A DNA stretch of 44,194 nt from Paraspadella gotoi (GCA_051294375.1 CM119266.1:7392726-7436919); one strand, 5' to 3'. Positions 22,165 to 34,943 are shown, numbered from the stretch's first letter. Notes: a model not told the origin generated them from the letters alone. Numbers and translations: made by a program.

Positions 22165-23140
22165 AATCATTAGATCAACTAAAACGCTGGTAAATCTCAA
22201 GTTTTACTCTTAAAAAAAAGTCAACTCATCGAAAAAGAGAATTATGAAATTCATTGAAGAGGTTGTATTAAATAGAAAATCTAAGAATCCAAATTATTGC
22301 ATGTATTTTGTACAACGTGAAGTAAAATAGAAGATCGGTTCATACAATTTTTTGCGCCGCAATAACTTTTTTAGATGGTGCATTGGATTTCCGTCTTTTA
22401 TTCCTTATAGTTTTAGGATTTTCTTTCTTTTTTTTTTACCTTTCATCTTTTCTTATCTTTAAATTTTATTTACCAATTTTTAAAATCTTTAATTTAATAA
22501 AAATTCCTTTTTTACAAGTCTCGTCAGTAGTCGACATGGATGAGCCAATCTTGCAAGAAAGCCTCCAACTTCCTCTTCCTTCTCACCTCATATCCGCTCC
22601 GCCAATCCTTCAGTCTCCTTCTTTCCTCGATCGCCTCCGATACGGTGATTGGTCAACAGCAAAGAGATTCTTTAGCGGCTACGGTTTCGTCGCCGCCGAA
22701 GTCGATGGGAAAATCTTAATCTGGGGTGGAGTTCAATATAATTCGGGAAAATGTTTATTTCTACCCAAAAATTTCGTCTTCGTCGCTGAAGTCGATTCTC
22801 ACGATCTTCGCTGGCAACGAATTCCAGCAACGGGCGACATTCCATCATGGACCAGAGATGCTGCTTTCGCTGTTATAAAAAATCATTAGATCAACTAAAA
22901 CGCTGGTAAATCTCAAGTTTTACTCTTAAAAAAAAGTCAACTCAACGAAAAGGAGAATTATGAAATTCATTGAAGAGGTTGTATTAAATAGAAAATCTAA
23001 GAATCCAAATTATTGCATGTATTTTGTACAACGTGAAGTAAAATAAAAGAAGATCGGTTCATACAATTTTTTGCGCCGCAATAACTTTTTTAGATGGTGC
23101 ATTGGATTTCCGTCTTTTATTCCTTATAGTTTTAGGATTT
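22165..23140 (+). repeat. About 255-bp direct repeats (22165-22421 and 22881-23140) flanking an inserted Kelch-gene fragment
   Basis: AATCATTAGATCAACTAAAACGCTGG...TTTTAGGATTT occurs twice with only a few differences. Confidence 0.9.
22418..22889 (+). pseudogene. Partial duplicate of the HEPN-Kelch gene (intron 3' end, acceptor and first about 120 codons of exon 2), truncated at AVIKNH*
   Basis: Near-identical to about 20180-20646, with substitutions such as DTD>DMD and PPH>PSH. Confidence 0.85.
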
Positions 23141-23510
23141 CCTGAATCACTAAGATTTGATTTTTTTCGAAACAAATGAGCAACTAACTATAGGCGAGTT
23201 ATGAACATTTTTCTTTTAACCTGTTTCAACTATGTATACTACGAAATTATACTACAAATTCGACCACTAAATTTTTTTTAATAGCGCCTACATTTAATTC
23301 TAACGACTGTATTTGTCTGTATATTGTATAACTTCATGATGTTGCCGACTCACTTCTATGAAAAATCACAAAATAAATATATTTTTTAAGAATAAGCGTT
23401 TCTATTTGGAATAAAAATGTCTAAAATTGAAAAAATATTTTTTGAGAAGGCAAGAGAGAGAGAAGGAGAGGGAGAAAGGTAGGGAGGGGGAGAGAGAGAG
23501 AAAGAGAGAA

Positions 23511-23581
<71 letters not shown>

Positions 23582-24057
23582 CAGAAAGGTGAGTTGATTT
23601 TAAGGCATCGATTTTTCTGTGAAAATGAAAAAAACGCGAAAAGACGCAAGCATAAGCATTTTTTAAATTCGGCGCAGCATTCTTGTAAGATACTTTTTGG
23701 TCGGTCGGTCCGAAACCAATGTGTTGTCACATATTACATTATTTGCCGCAACAACATACTCTTTCAGTTCTTGATATTAATTTTAAAATCCCACGCAGCT
23801 ACAAGAAGACGTTTTGAAAACCGCGACAAAGGAAGGAAAAAATGATAGTTATGTTCAATAAGCCAATAAATTATAAAAGCAATTTAAATAGGCAAGGACA
23901 CTGAAAACCCCAAAAATATAATAATTCTCCAAATCTAAATACAAAAAAAATTATGTATTGTACAAATACACGACGAGAAAGTTGAATTAAACAACTTTGA
24001 AATTCGGTTTTAAAACGCCACCCTGTACCGAAGTTAAAATATAAAAAAAAATCGATT

Positions 24058-27000
24058 TTATGTAGCTTCCCTCCTTTTATCGCCGCCGTCGTCGTTGTCG
24101 TCTTTTTTAGATTTTTCGTCGTCGTCGTCGTCGTCGTCGTCGTCGGTATTAACGACGCTTGAGGCGGAACTTTGATCTTTTTTTAATCTGAAACAAAATA
24201 GAATCGGAGATTTGATGAAAAATAGAAAATATTTAAAATTGTAAAAGATGTTAAATTGTTCTCTGCAACAGGAGTTATGCTCTTGAAATACGTACTCGCA
24301 TTTCCTGGTATTCTGATATTCTGTTTGAAATCTTAAAATACTAGATACTACCATAAATACTCTTAAAAAAATTTCATTTCCCCCTTCTGTAAATCGCTTC
24401 TAATATCTTTCCCCATCCGTAAATCGCTCCCACCATCTTCTCAATTTGTAAATCGGTTCCACCATCTTCCCTCATCTGTTAATCGCTTCCACCATCATCT
24501 CCCATCTGTAAATTGCTAGCACCTTCTTCCCCATCTGGAATTCGCTACCACCATCTTCCCCATCTGTAAATCGCCTCCACCATCTTCCCCCATCTGTAAA
24601 TCGCTTCAACCCTCTTTCCCCATCTATAAATGATCCCCAACTCCGTCTCCCTCTCTCAACCTGTAAATCTTCTGCAGCACCCTGGCGCAGTAGATCATCC
24701 TCTGTCTCTCCAGCGTGGAGGAGATGGGCTGATAGGCGCTCATCTTCCTCGTGTTCTCCAGCGTTGATGGAGTGAGCGAGTTGTCTTCCTCCATCGATGG
24801 ATTGAGATACTCGCGCGCCAGAGCGTTGAGGACGTCCACGCAATAGACTCGGTCGCCTTCGCAGATGGGGATGTCCAGTTTGACGATGTAGCTGGGGTTG
24901 GAGAAAGGTGAGATGAGGAAGAGAGGGTGATGTAGTGAAGGAAGAAAGTGCAGAAATGCTTTAATATTCTCCTAAAAGTTAATTGATAAATTTTCTATCG
25001 TAATTTTTCTTCGATCATGATTGCAATTTTCACAAACAATTTTCTGACCGCAGCCACCAAATGTAAAAAAACTACCAATTTAATAATATTTTAATGACAG
25101 ATTATTATGCTAAAATTTGGATCAGTTTGTTCCTCCTGTCATTCACTCCTGTCATTCACTCCTGTCATTCACTACTCACAGCCAGTTGGGCTTGGTTGCC
25201 TTCAGCGGTCTTTGCAGACTCGCCAATAGATCGCCCAGCTTGTCCAGCCCGATGAACTGAGTGCACTTGGGATCGAATTTCTCCCAGACTTCGTAGAAGG
25301 TGTCGTAATCATCGTCGGTGAGACCCATTTCCGCCTCGTCCGTTGCCTAGATTGGCATGGCATGGCATGGCATGACGTGGCATGGCATTGCGTGGCTTTA
25401 TTGTTTATTTCTTTGTTTTTTTCTCAATTCTTTCCTTTCTTATATTTTCTTTCGATATTTTCCTTTTTTCTTTTTTTTTCCTTTCTTATATTTTCTTTCG
25501 ATTTTCTTTTCTTTTCTTATATTTTCTTTCGATTTTCTTTTCTTTTCTTTTCTTTTCTTTTCTTTTCTTTTCTTTTCTTTTCTTTTCTTTTCTTTTCTTT
25601 TCTTTTCTTTTCTTTTCTTTTCTCTTTCTGCTTTACCTGAGAAAAATGTTCCAATATGATAGCGATGTAAACGTTCATTACGATGAGAAATGTCAAAAGT
25701 AGATAAGAAATGATGTAGATTCTGTAAAAAAAAGGAATCATTAATTACATTTCTTTAATATATTTTATCTCCGAAGATTGTAATCACTCGTCTTGTAATC
25801 TCCACTCTTTCCTGAATCACGATTCTACTTTCACCACTTCCTTCTCTGCCGTCCACACTCCACACCCCTCGACACCACAAACACGCAACTATCCACACAC
25901 TCCCCCCAACACTCTACCTAGCCACCGCTTTGTTGCCACAATTGCCCCACGGCTCCAACTGGATGGTGGAGTTGCCCAGAGTCGCGTTTCGGTCGCAGTC
26001 TTCCTCGTTCTCCAACGGAAGAAGGACGTCGCTCCAACCGGCCGAGGTGCTCATCTGAAAGAGGAGCACGAGAGAGTTGCCCACCTGGAGCGGGAGAGAG
26101 AGAGAGAGAGGGAGAGGGAGGGAGGGAGGGAGGGAGGGAGGGAGAGAGAAATGGAGAGATGGAGAGAGGGAGGGAGGGAGAGAAAGGAGTATTGAAGGGA
26201 GACGAAAAAAAAACTGTTGCAAAGAAAATTAAAGGTAGTTTTAAAAGTTAAACCGACTACTATATCTTTTAAAATTTGAAGATAACGACCGGAAAACCAA
26301 TTAAGATTTAAAAAAAACAAAAAAAAAACAACAATAACTAATTGCTATAAAGATTTTTAAACTAAATCCTGACCGTCTCAAAATTGAAGACGTCGTTGAT
26401 GTAAGCGTCGGGCGACTGGGCGACGTTCTTGAAGAGCGCCATCCCGAAGATGGCGTAGATGAAGAGGACGAGAAAGAGGAGGAGGCAGATGTTGAACAGT
26501 GCGGGCAGCGCCATGAGGAGAGCGAAGAGGAGCGTCCGAAGACCTTTCGAGCCTTTGATGAGGCGGAGGACTCGGCCGATGCGGACTAGGGAAAAGGGGT
26601 GACTGATTGATTGGTTGATTGGTGGAGTGATCTACGAATCAATTGCTTGATTATTTTATCAATTCACTTTTTAGATGATGAAACTGAAAAAAAAAATATT
26701 GATCTTGCCCCTGACTTTGGGCAATGGGTAGTGGGCTCTATGGTGGGATAAGGCCTTCATTCCTTTTACAAGATAATATCGTAACAAAATCAATCAAGAC
26801 TATTTTGATCGCCGGAGTGATAGATTGCGTGAATGCGATATTGATTAAATGATTCATAGAATTTTCGGTTAATTAATCAAAATGATTAACGAATCGATTT
26901 CAATTCTTTTCAAAATTTCATGGACTTTCTACTCAATTTATATATATATTTATATTTATATATTTATATATATTTATTGATCGATTGATCATTTGACAAC

Positions 27001-28603
27001 TTTGACTCATCAACTGAATGGTCGACTGATCAATTGTAAGGTCGACTGATTCATTGAAAGGTCGACCGATGGACTGAAAAATCGAGCGATCGACTCGATC
27101 CATGGAATCGAGCGATTCTCCTCAGTCCTCAATCCTCACCCAATCGAATGATCCTCAAGATGGTGGGCGAGGTGAAGTACTTCTCGAAGACGTCGTGGAG
27201 GAAGAGGCTGACGAGGGAGAGGACGACGACGACGAGATCGAAGATGTTCCAGGGTTGAGTGAAGTAATGATGTCGAAGTCCGATCAACTTGAGGAGGCAT
27301 TCCAGGGTGAAGATGACGATGAAGACGATGTTGAGAGCGTAGAAGAGATGCTCTTCCGACTTATTTGACGAGGGGGGGGAGGGGGGGAAAGAAGAGAAAG
27401 ATAAGGTCTTTCTTTTTTTTAAAGTTAACTAATACGCTTTTTGTAAATTTGTTTTCCTTTACTACTTTTTTTTTCGATTTACGTTGTCTTTATCTTTTAT
27501 TTACTTTGCTTATCCTTTAGCTTGTCTTTGATATTTTATCATTTTTTTCTTTTCTTTTCTTTTCTTTTCTTTTCTTTTCTTTTCTTTTCTTTTCTTTTCT
27601 TTTCTTTCTTTTCTTTTCTTTTCTTTTCTTGCCACGTCTTATCTTATCTCGTCTTTTATCTTCTTTTTCCCTATTTTCTTTTTAATTGTCTCATCTCACC
27701 CCTTTTTCTTACTTTTCTTTTTTTATTTCTTCACATTTAAAACTTCATCAACTTAACTTCCTTTTCTCCCCTTTCCTCTCACTTGCCTCACCTCTGTCTG
27801 CTCATAGTGTTCGGCACTCATGGTGAAGGCGTTCAGGATGATGAGAATCGTCACAAAAATATCGAATCTTTTGTTTGTGATCAAACGAAAAATCTGAAAA
27901 AAATCAGGAGAAAAAAAAAAAGATCTTGAGTAGTGAGTACAGTAAATCCTTAAAAAAGGCTTAGTCTGATGACTAAGCTAGAAAGAATTCTTTTTCTCAT
28001 AGAAACTCTTGTTCTTGACCTTGATATGACCTTGAAATGCACGAGAGTCTCAACATAACCAGACAGGCTCCGATCTTGCATGAAGATTTCAGAAAAGAAA
28101 ATACATCGCATCCGAACTAATTTAAACCGAGCTACCGATTTTCCGATTTCAAAAATCGTTTCAAGAAAAAATAATTTGAGATAATTAATGAGAGGTATAT
28201 TAAATAAAATTTACGCAACTAAAACTTTAGATAAATATCTAAGTAATGAAAGATTGCTTGTTATTATTATTCCATTAAAGAGAAAAAGCAGTTTCTTTTG
28301 TGTAACTCGATTTGTGACACGGAGTAAGTTATCCGCTCTTCCCCCCCCACTCTCTCTCTCTCTCTCTCTCATCATCATGCTTCGTGCACGCGTCTCTCGT
28401 CCTACCTCTCCTATCCGCAACGACCTGCTATGGCCAGATGAGAACCGTCTGGCCTATACGGGAATCTATTTTCGTTGGTTTCTTAGATCCCAATTTCTTC
28501 GCCGCTGAGTAGTAACGCTTTTGGCTCTCGGTCATGAACATGTCCAGGGCAAATTCTCCCTCACTTATTTTCTTCTGTTTGTTGAAATTATCAATGATCA
28601 CAC
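24058..28603 (-). CDS. Voltage-gated sodium channel alpha subunit (Nav1/para-like): DIII-DIV linker, domain IV and C-terminus. Exons (transcribed high to low): 28425-28603 (3' end garbled), 27792-27893, 27140-27359, 26374-26585, 25918-26084, 25637-25721, 25180-25346, 24661-24891, 24058-24187 (stop)
   Basis: [32 protein letters not shown]; S4 [32 protein letters not shown]; P-loop FQMSTSAGW; S6 [15 protein letters not shown]; [18 protein letters not shown]; [16 protein letters not shown]; IQ-like ARVLQKIYR. Splice phases match; the last exon is inferred from the phase-2 AG/A junction. Confidence 0.93.
24375..24635. repeat. About 30-bp minisatellite (CCATCTTCCCCATCTGTAAATCGC core), about 9 copies, in the last Nav intron
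   Basis: Directly visible; mirrored at about 33195-33455. Confidence 0.85.
26701..26825 (+). mobile_element. Short dispersed repeat family, copy 3 (Nav intron); mirrored at about 31020-31142
   Basis: ATCTTGCCCCTGACTTTG...TAAGGCCTTCAT...TTACAAGATAAT. Confidence 0.6.
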
Positions 28604-28621
28604 CTAGAGAGAGAGAGGGGG

Positions 28622-28661
<40 letters not shown>

Positions 28662-28844
28662 CTCTCTCTCTCTCACAACTGACAACTAAAGCTTTTCATC
28701 TAACCGTTTTTAGCTGAAATGCATTATTTACGGCAAAACCCTCGATTTCTAAACCAATTTCAACTGGACACAGTTCTCTCTCTCTCTCTCATCTCTCTCT
28801 CTCGTCTCTCTCTCTCTCTCTATCTCCCCCCTCTCTCTCTCTAG

Positions 28845-29015
28845 GTGTGATCATTGATAATTTCAACAAACAGAAGAAAATAAGTGAGGGAGAATTTGCC
28901 CTGGACATGTTCATGACCGAGAGCCAAAGCGTTACTACTCAGCGGCGAAGAAATTGGGATCTAAGAAACCACGAAAGCAATTCGAGGCCGAGGTTCTATC
29001 TGGCCAAGCAGGTGA

Positions 29016-29060
<45 letters not shown>

Positions 29061-29455
29061 AGTGGGGGGGAGAGAGCCAAAAAGCGTTACTACTCAGCGG
29101 CGAAGAAATTGGGATCTAAGAAACCAACGAAAGCGATTCGAGGCCGAGGTCTATTTGGCCAAGCAGGTGGATAGAGAGAGAGAGAGAGAGAGAGAGCGCG
29201 AGTGGGGGGGGAGAGAGCCAAAAGCGTTACTACTCAGCGGGCGAAGAAATTGGGATCTAAGAAACCAACGAAAGCAATTCCGAGGCCGAGGTTCTATTTG
29301 ACCAAGCAGGTGGATAGAGAGAGAGAGAGAGAGAGAGCGCGAGTGGGGGGGGAGAGAGCCAAAAGCGTTACTACTCAGCGGCGAAGAAATTGGGATCTAA
29401 GAAACCAACGAAATAGATTCCGAGGCCGAGGTTCTATCTGGCCAAGCAGGTGGAT

Positions 29456-29500
<45 letters not shown>

Positions 29501-32500
29501 GGGGGAAGAGCGGATAACTTACTCCGTGTCACAAATCGAGTTACACAAAAGAAACTGCTTTTTTCTTTAATGGAATAATAATAACAAGCAATCTTTCATT
29601 ACTTAGATATTTATCTAAAGTTTTAGTTGCGTAAATTTTATTTAATATACCTCTCATTAATTATCTCAAATTATTTTTTCTTGAAACGATTTTTGAAATC
29701 GGAAAATCGGTAGCTCGGTTTAAATTAGTTCGGATGCGATGTATTTTCTTTTCTGAAATCTTCATGGCAAGACGGAGCCTGTCTGGTATGTGAGACTCTC
29801 GTGCATTTCAAGGTCATATCAAGGTCAAGAACAAGAGTTTCTATGAGAAAAAGAATTCTTTCTAGCTTAGTCATCAGACTAAGCTTTTTTAAGGATTTAC
29901 TGTACTCACTACTCAAGATCTTTTTTTTTTTCTCCTGATTTTTTTTCAGATTTTTCGTTTGATCACAAACAAAAGATTCGATATTTTTGTGACGATTCTC
30001 ATCATCCTGAACGCCTTCACCATGAGTGCCGAACACTATGAGCAGACAGAGGTGAGGCAAGTGAGAGGAAAAGGGGAGAAAAGGAAGTTAAGTTGATGAA
30101 GTTTTAAATGTGAAGAAAAAAAAAAGAAAAGTAAGAAAAAGGGGTGAGATGAGACAATTAAAAAGAAAATAGGGAAAAAGAAGATAAAAGACGAGATAAG
30201 ATAAGACGTGGCAAGAAAAGAAAAGAAAAGAAAAGAAAGAAAAGAAAAGAAAAGAAAAGAAAAAGAAAAGAAAAGAAAAGAAAGAGAAAGAAAAGAAAAA
30301 AAATGATAAAATTCAAAGACAAGCTAAAGGAAGAAAGTAATAAAAGATAAAGACAACGTAAATCGAAAAAAAAGTAGTAAAGGAAAACAAATTTACAAAA
30401 AGCGTATTAGTTTAACTCTTAAAAAAAATGAAAGACCGTTCTATCTTCTCTTCTTTCCCCCCTCCCCCCCTCGTCAAATAAGTCGGAAGAGCATCTCTTC
30501 TACGCTCTCAACATCGTCTTCATCGTCATCTTCACCCTGGAATGCCTCCTCAAGTTGATCGGACTTCGACATCATTACTTCACTCAAACCCTGGAACATC
30601 TTCGATCTCGTCGTCGTCGTCCTCTCCCTCGTCAGCCTCTTCCTCCACGACGTCTTCGAGAAGTACTTCACCTCGCCCACCATCTTGAGGATCATTCGAT
30701 TGGGTGAGGATTGAGGACTGAGGAGAATCGCTCGATTCCATGGATCGAGTCGATCGCTCGATTTTTCAGTCCATCGGTCGACCTTTCAATGATCAGTCGA
30801 CCTTACAATTGATCAGTCGACCATTCAGTTGATGAGTCAAAGTTGTCAAATGATCAAATCGATCAATAAATATATATAAATATATAAATATAAATATATA
30901 TATAAATTTGAGTAGAAAGTCCATGAAATTTTGAAAAGATTGAAATCGATTCGTTAATCATTTTGATTAATTAACCGAAAATTCTATGAATCATTTAATC
31001 AATATCGCATTCACGCATCTATCACTCCGGCGATCAAAATAGTCTTGATTGATTTTGTTACGATATTATCTTGTAAAAGGAATGAAAGGCCTTATCCCAC
31101 CATAGAGCCCACTACCCATTGCCCAAAGTCAGGGGCAAGATCAATATTTTTTTTTCAGTTTCATCATCTAAAAAGTGAATTGATAAAATAATCAGCAATT
31201 GATTCGTAGATCACTCCACCAATCAACCAATCAATCAGTCACACCTTTTCCCTAGTCCGCATCGGCCGAGTCCTCCGCCTCATCAAAGGCTCGAAAGGTC
31301 TTCGGACGCTCCTCTTCGCTCTCCTCATGGCGCTGCCCGCACTGTTCAACATCTGCCTCCTCCTCTTTCTCGTCCTCTTCATCTACGCCATCTTCGGATG
31401 GCGCTCTTCAAGAACGTCGCCCAGTCGCCCGACGCTTACATCAACGACGTCTTCAATTTTGAGACGGTCAGGATTTAGTTTAAAAATCTTTATAGCAATT
31501 AGTTATTGTTGTTTTTTTTTTTGTTTTTTTTAAATCTTAATTGGTTTTCCGGTCGTTATCTTCAAATTTTAAAAGATATAGTAGTCGGTTTAACTTTTAA
31601 AACTACCTTTAATTTTCTTTGCAACAGTTTTTTTTTTTCGTCTCCCTTCAATACTCTTTCTCTCCCTCCCTCCCTCTCTCCATCTCTCCATTTCTCTCTC
31701 CCTCCCTCCCTCCCTCCCTCCTCCCTCTCCCTCTCTCTCTCTCTCTCCCGCTCCAGGTGGGCAACTCTCTCGTGCTCCTCTTTCAGATGAGCACCTCGGC
31801 CGGTTGGAGCGACGTCCTTCTTCGTTGGAGAACGAGAAGACTGCGACCGAACGCGACTCTGGGCAACTCCACCATCCAGTTGGAGCCGTGGGGCAATTGT
31901 GGCAACAAAGCGGTGGCTAGGTAGAGTGTTGGGGGAGTGTGTGGATAGTTGCGTGTTTGTGGTGTCGAGGGGTGTGGAGTGTGGACGGCAGAGAAGGAAG
32001 TGTGAAGTAGAATCGTGATTCAGGAAAGAGTGGAGATTACAAGACGAGTGATTACAAATCTTCGGAGATAAAATATATTAAAGAAATGTAATTAATGATT
32101 CCTTTTTTTAGCAGAATCTACATCATTTCTTATCTACTTTTGACATTTCTCATCGTAATGAACGTTTACATCGCTATCATATTGGAACATTTTTCTCAGG
32201 TAAAGCAGAAAGAGAAAAGAAAAGAAAAGAAAAGAAAAGAAAAGAAAAGAAAAGAAAAGAAAAAAAGAAAAGAAAAGAAAAGAAAAGAAAAGAAAAGAAA
32301 ATCGAAAGAAAATATAAGAAAGAAAAGAAAATCGAAAGAAAATATAAGAAAGGAAAAAAAAGAAAAAAGGAAATATCGAAAAAAATATAAGAAAGGAAAG
32401 AATTGAGAAAAAAACAAAGAAATAAACAATAAAGCCACGCAATGCCATGCCACGTCATGCCTGCCATGCCATGCCAATCTAGGCAACGGACGAGGCGGAA

Positions 32501-33775
32501 ATGGGTCTCACCGACGATGATTACGACACCTTCTACGAAGTCTGGGAGAAATTCGATCCCAAGTGCACTCAGTTCATCGGGCTGGACAAGCTGGGCGATC
32601 TATTGGCGAGTCTGCAAAGACCGCTGAAGGCAACCAAGCCCAACTGGCTGTGAGTAGTGAATGACAGGAGTGAATGACAGGAGTGAATGACAGGAGGAAC
32701 AAACTGATCCAAATTTTAGCATAATAATCTGTCATTAAAATATTATTAAATTGGTAGTTTTTTTACATTTGGTGGCTGCGGTCAGAAAATTGTTTGTGAA
32801 AATTGCAATCAATGATCGAAGAAAAATTACGATAGAAAATTTATCAATTAACTTTTAGGAGAATATTAAAGCATTTCTGCACTTTCTTCCTTCACTACAT
32901 CACCCTCTCTTCCTCATCTCACCTTTCTCCAACCCCAGCTACATCGTCAAACTGGACATCCCCATCTGCGAAGGCGACCGAGTCTATTGCGTGGACGTCC
33001 TCAACGCTCCTGGCGCGCGAGTATCTCAATCCATCGATGGAGGAAGACAACTCGCTCACTCCATCAACGCTGGAGAACACGAGGAAGATGAGCGCCTATC
33101 AGCCCATCTCCTCCACGCTGGAGAGACAGAGGATGATCTACTGCGCCAGGGTGCTGCAGAAGATTTACAGGTTGAGAGAGGGAGACGGAGTTGGGATCAT
33201 TTATAGATGGGGAAAGAGGGTTGAAGCGATTTACAGATGGGGGAAGATGGTGGAGGCGATTTACAGATGGGGAAGATGGTGGTAGCGAATTCCAGATGGG
33301 GAAGAAGGTGCTAGCAATTTACAGATGGGAGATGATGGTGGAAGCGATTAACAGATGAGGGAAGATGGTGGAACCGATTTACAAATTGAGAAGATGGTGG
33401 GAGCGATTTACGGATGGGGAAAGATATTAGAAGCGATTTACGAAAGGGGGAAATGAAATTTTTTTAAGAGTATTTATGGTAGTATCTAGTATTTTTAAGA
33501 TTTCAAACAGAATATCAGAAATACCAGGAAATGCGAGTACGTATTTCAAGAGCATAACTCCTGTTGCAGAGAACAATTTAACATCTTTTACAATTTTAAA
33601 TATTTTCTATTTTTCATCAAATCTCCGGATTCTATTTTGTTTCAGATTAAAAAAGATCAAAGTTCCGCCTCAAGCGTCGTTAATCCGACGACGACACGAC
33701 GACGACGACGACGACGAAAAATCTAAAAAAGACGACAACGACGACGGCGGCGATAAAAGGAGGGAAGCTACATAA
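28845..33775 (+). pseudogene. Inverted, frameshifted copy of the Nav 3' exons (right palindrome arm; likely artefact)
   Basis: Same exons as 24058-28603 with 1-bp indels (CAAACCCTGG vs CAACCCTGG, TTCGGATGG vs TTCGGGATGG, GCTCCTGG vs GCTCTGG); no upstream exons in this orientation. Confidence 0.85.
28921..29505 (+). repeat. Four tandem units of about 140 bp, each made of the 3' half of the DIII-DIV linker exon, a GT donor and (GA)n
   Basis: GAGCCAAAAGCGTTACTACTCAGCGGCGAAGAAATTGGGATCTAAG...CAAGCAGGTG recurs at about 28921, 29074, 29215 and 29356. Confidence 0.9.
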
Positions 33776-34250
33776 AATCGATTTTTTTTATATTTTAACT
33801 TCGGTACAGGGTGGCGTTTTAAAACCGAATTTCAAAGTTGTTTAATTCAACTTTCTCGTCGTGTATTTGTACAATACATAATTTTTTTTGTATTTAGATT
33901 TGGAGAATTATTATATTTTTGGGTTTTCAGTGTCCTTGCCTATTTAAATTGCTTTTATAATTTATTGGCTTATTGAACATAACTATCATTTTTTCCTTCC
34001 TTTGTCGCGGTTTTCAAAACGTCTTCTTGTAGCTGCGTGGGATTTTAAAATTAATATCAAGAACTGAAAGAGTATGTTGTTGCGGCAAATAATGTAATAT
34101 GTGACAACACATTGGTTTTCGGACCGACCGACCAAAAAGTATCTTACAAGAATGCTGCGCCGAATTTAAAAAATGCTTATGCTTGCGTCTTTTCGCGTTT
34201 TTTTCATTTTCACAGAAAAATCGATGCCTTAAAATCAACTCACCTTTCTG

Positions 34251-34281
<31 letters not shown>

Positions 34282-34290
34282 GTCTCTCTC

Positions 34291-34322
<32 letters not shown>

Positions 34323-34943
34323 TTCTCTCTTTCTCTCTCTCTCCCCCTCCCTACCTTTCTCCCTCTCCTTCTCTCTCTCTTGCCTTCTCAAAAAATATTT
34401 TTTCAATTTTAGACATTTTTATTCCAAATAGAAACGCTTATTCTTAAAAAATATATTTATTTTGTGATTTTTCATAGAAGTGAGTCGGCAACATCATGAA
34501 GTTATACAATATACAGACAAATACAGTCGTTAGAATTAAATGTAGGCGCTATTAAAAAAAATTTAGTGGTCGAATTTGTAGTATAATTTCGTAGTATACA
34601 TAGTTGAAACAGGTTAAAAGAAAAATGTTCATAACTCGCCTATAGTTAGTTGCTCATTTGTTTCGAAAAAAATCAAATCTTAGTGATTCAGGAAATCCTA
34701 AAACTATAAGGAATAAAAGACGGAAATCCAATGCACCATCTAAAAAAGTTATTGCGGCGCAAAAAATTGTATGAACCGATCTTCTTTTATTTTACTTCAC
34801 GTTGTACAAAATACATGCAATAATTTGGATTCTTAGATTTTCTATTTAATACAACCTCTTCAATGAATTTCATAATTCTCCTTTTCGTTGAGTTGACTTT
34901 TTTTTAAGAGTAAAACTTGAGATTTACCAGCGTTTTAGTTGAT

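Noticed and set aside
21840-22213. Small protein-coding gene or structured RNA downstream of the Kelch gene
   Set aside because: Short overlapping ORFs with no recognisable motif or splice support; possibly a repeat fragment, but unsupported.
27966-27995. Second hammerhead (CTGATGA...GAAAGAATTCT)
   Set aside because: No stem I pairing and only a marginal stem II.
28655-28690. PacBio SMRTbell adapter at the palindrome centre
   Set aside because: ATCTCTCTC..ACAAC resembles the adapter start, but the rest of the adapter is missing and the loop is about 100 bp of unique AT-rich sequence.
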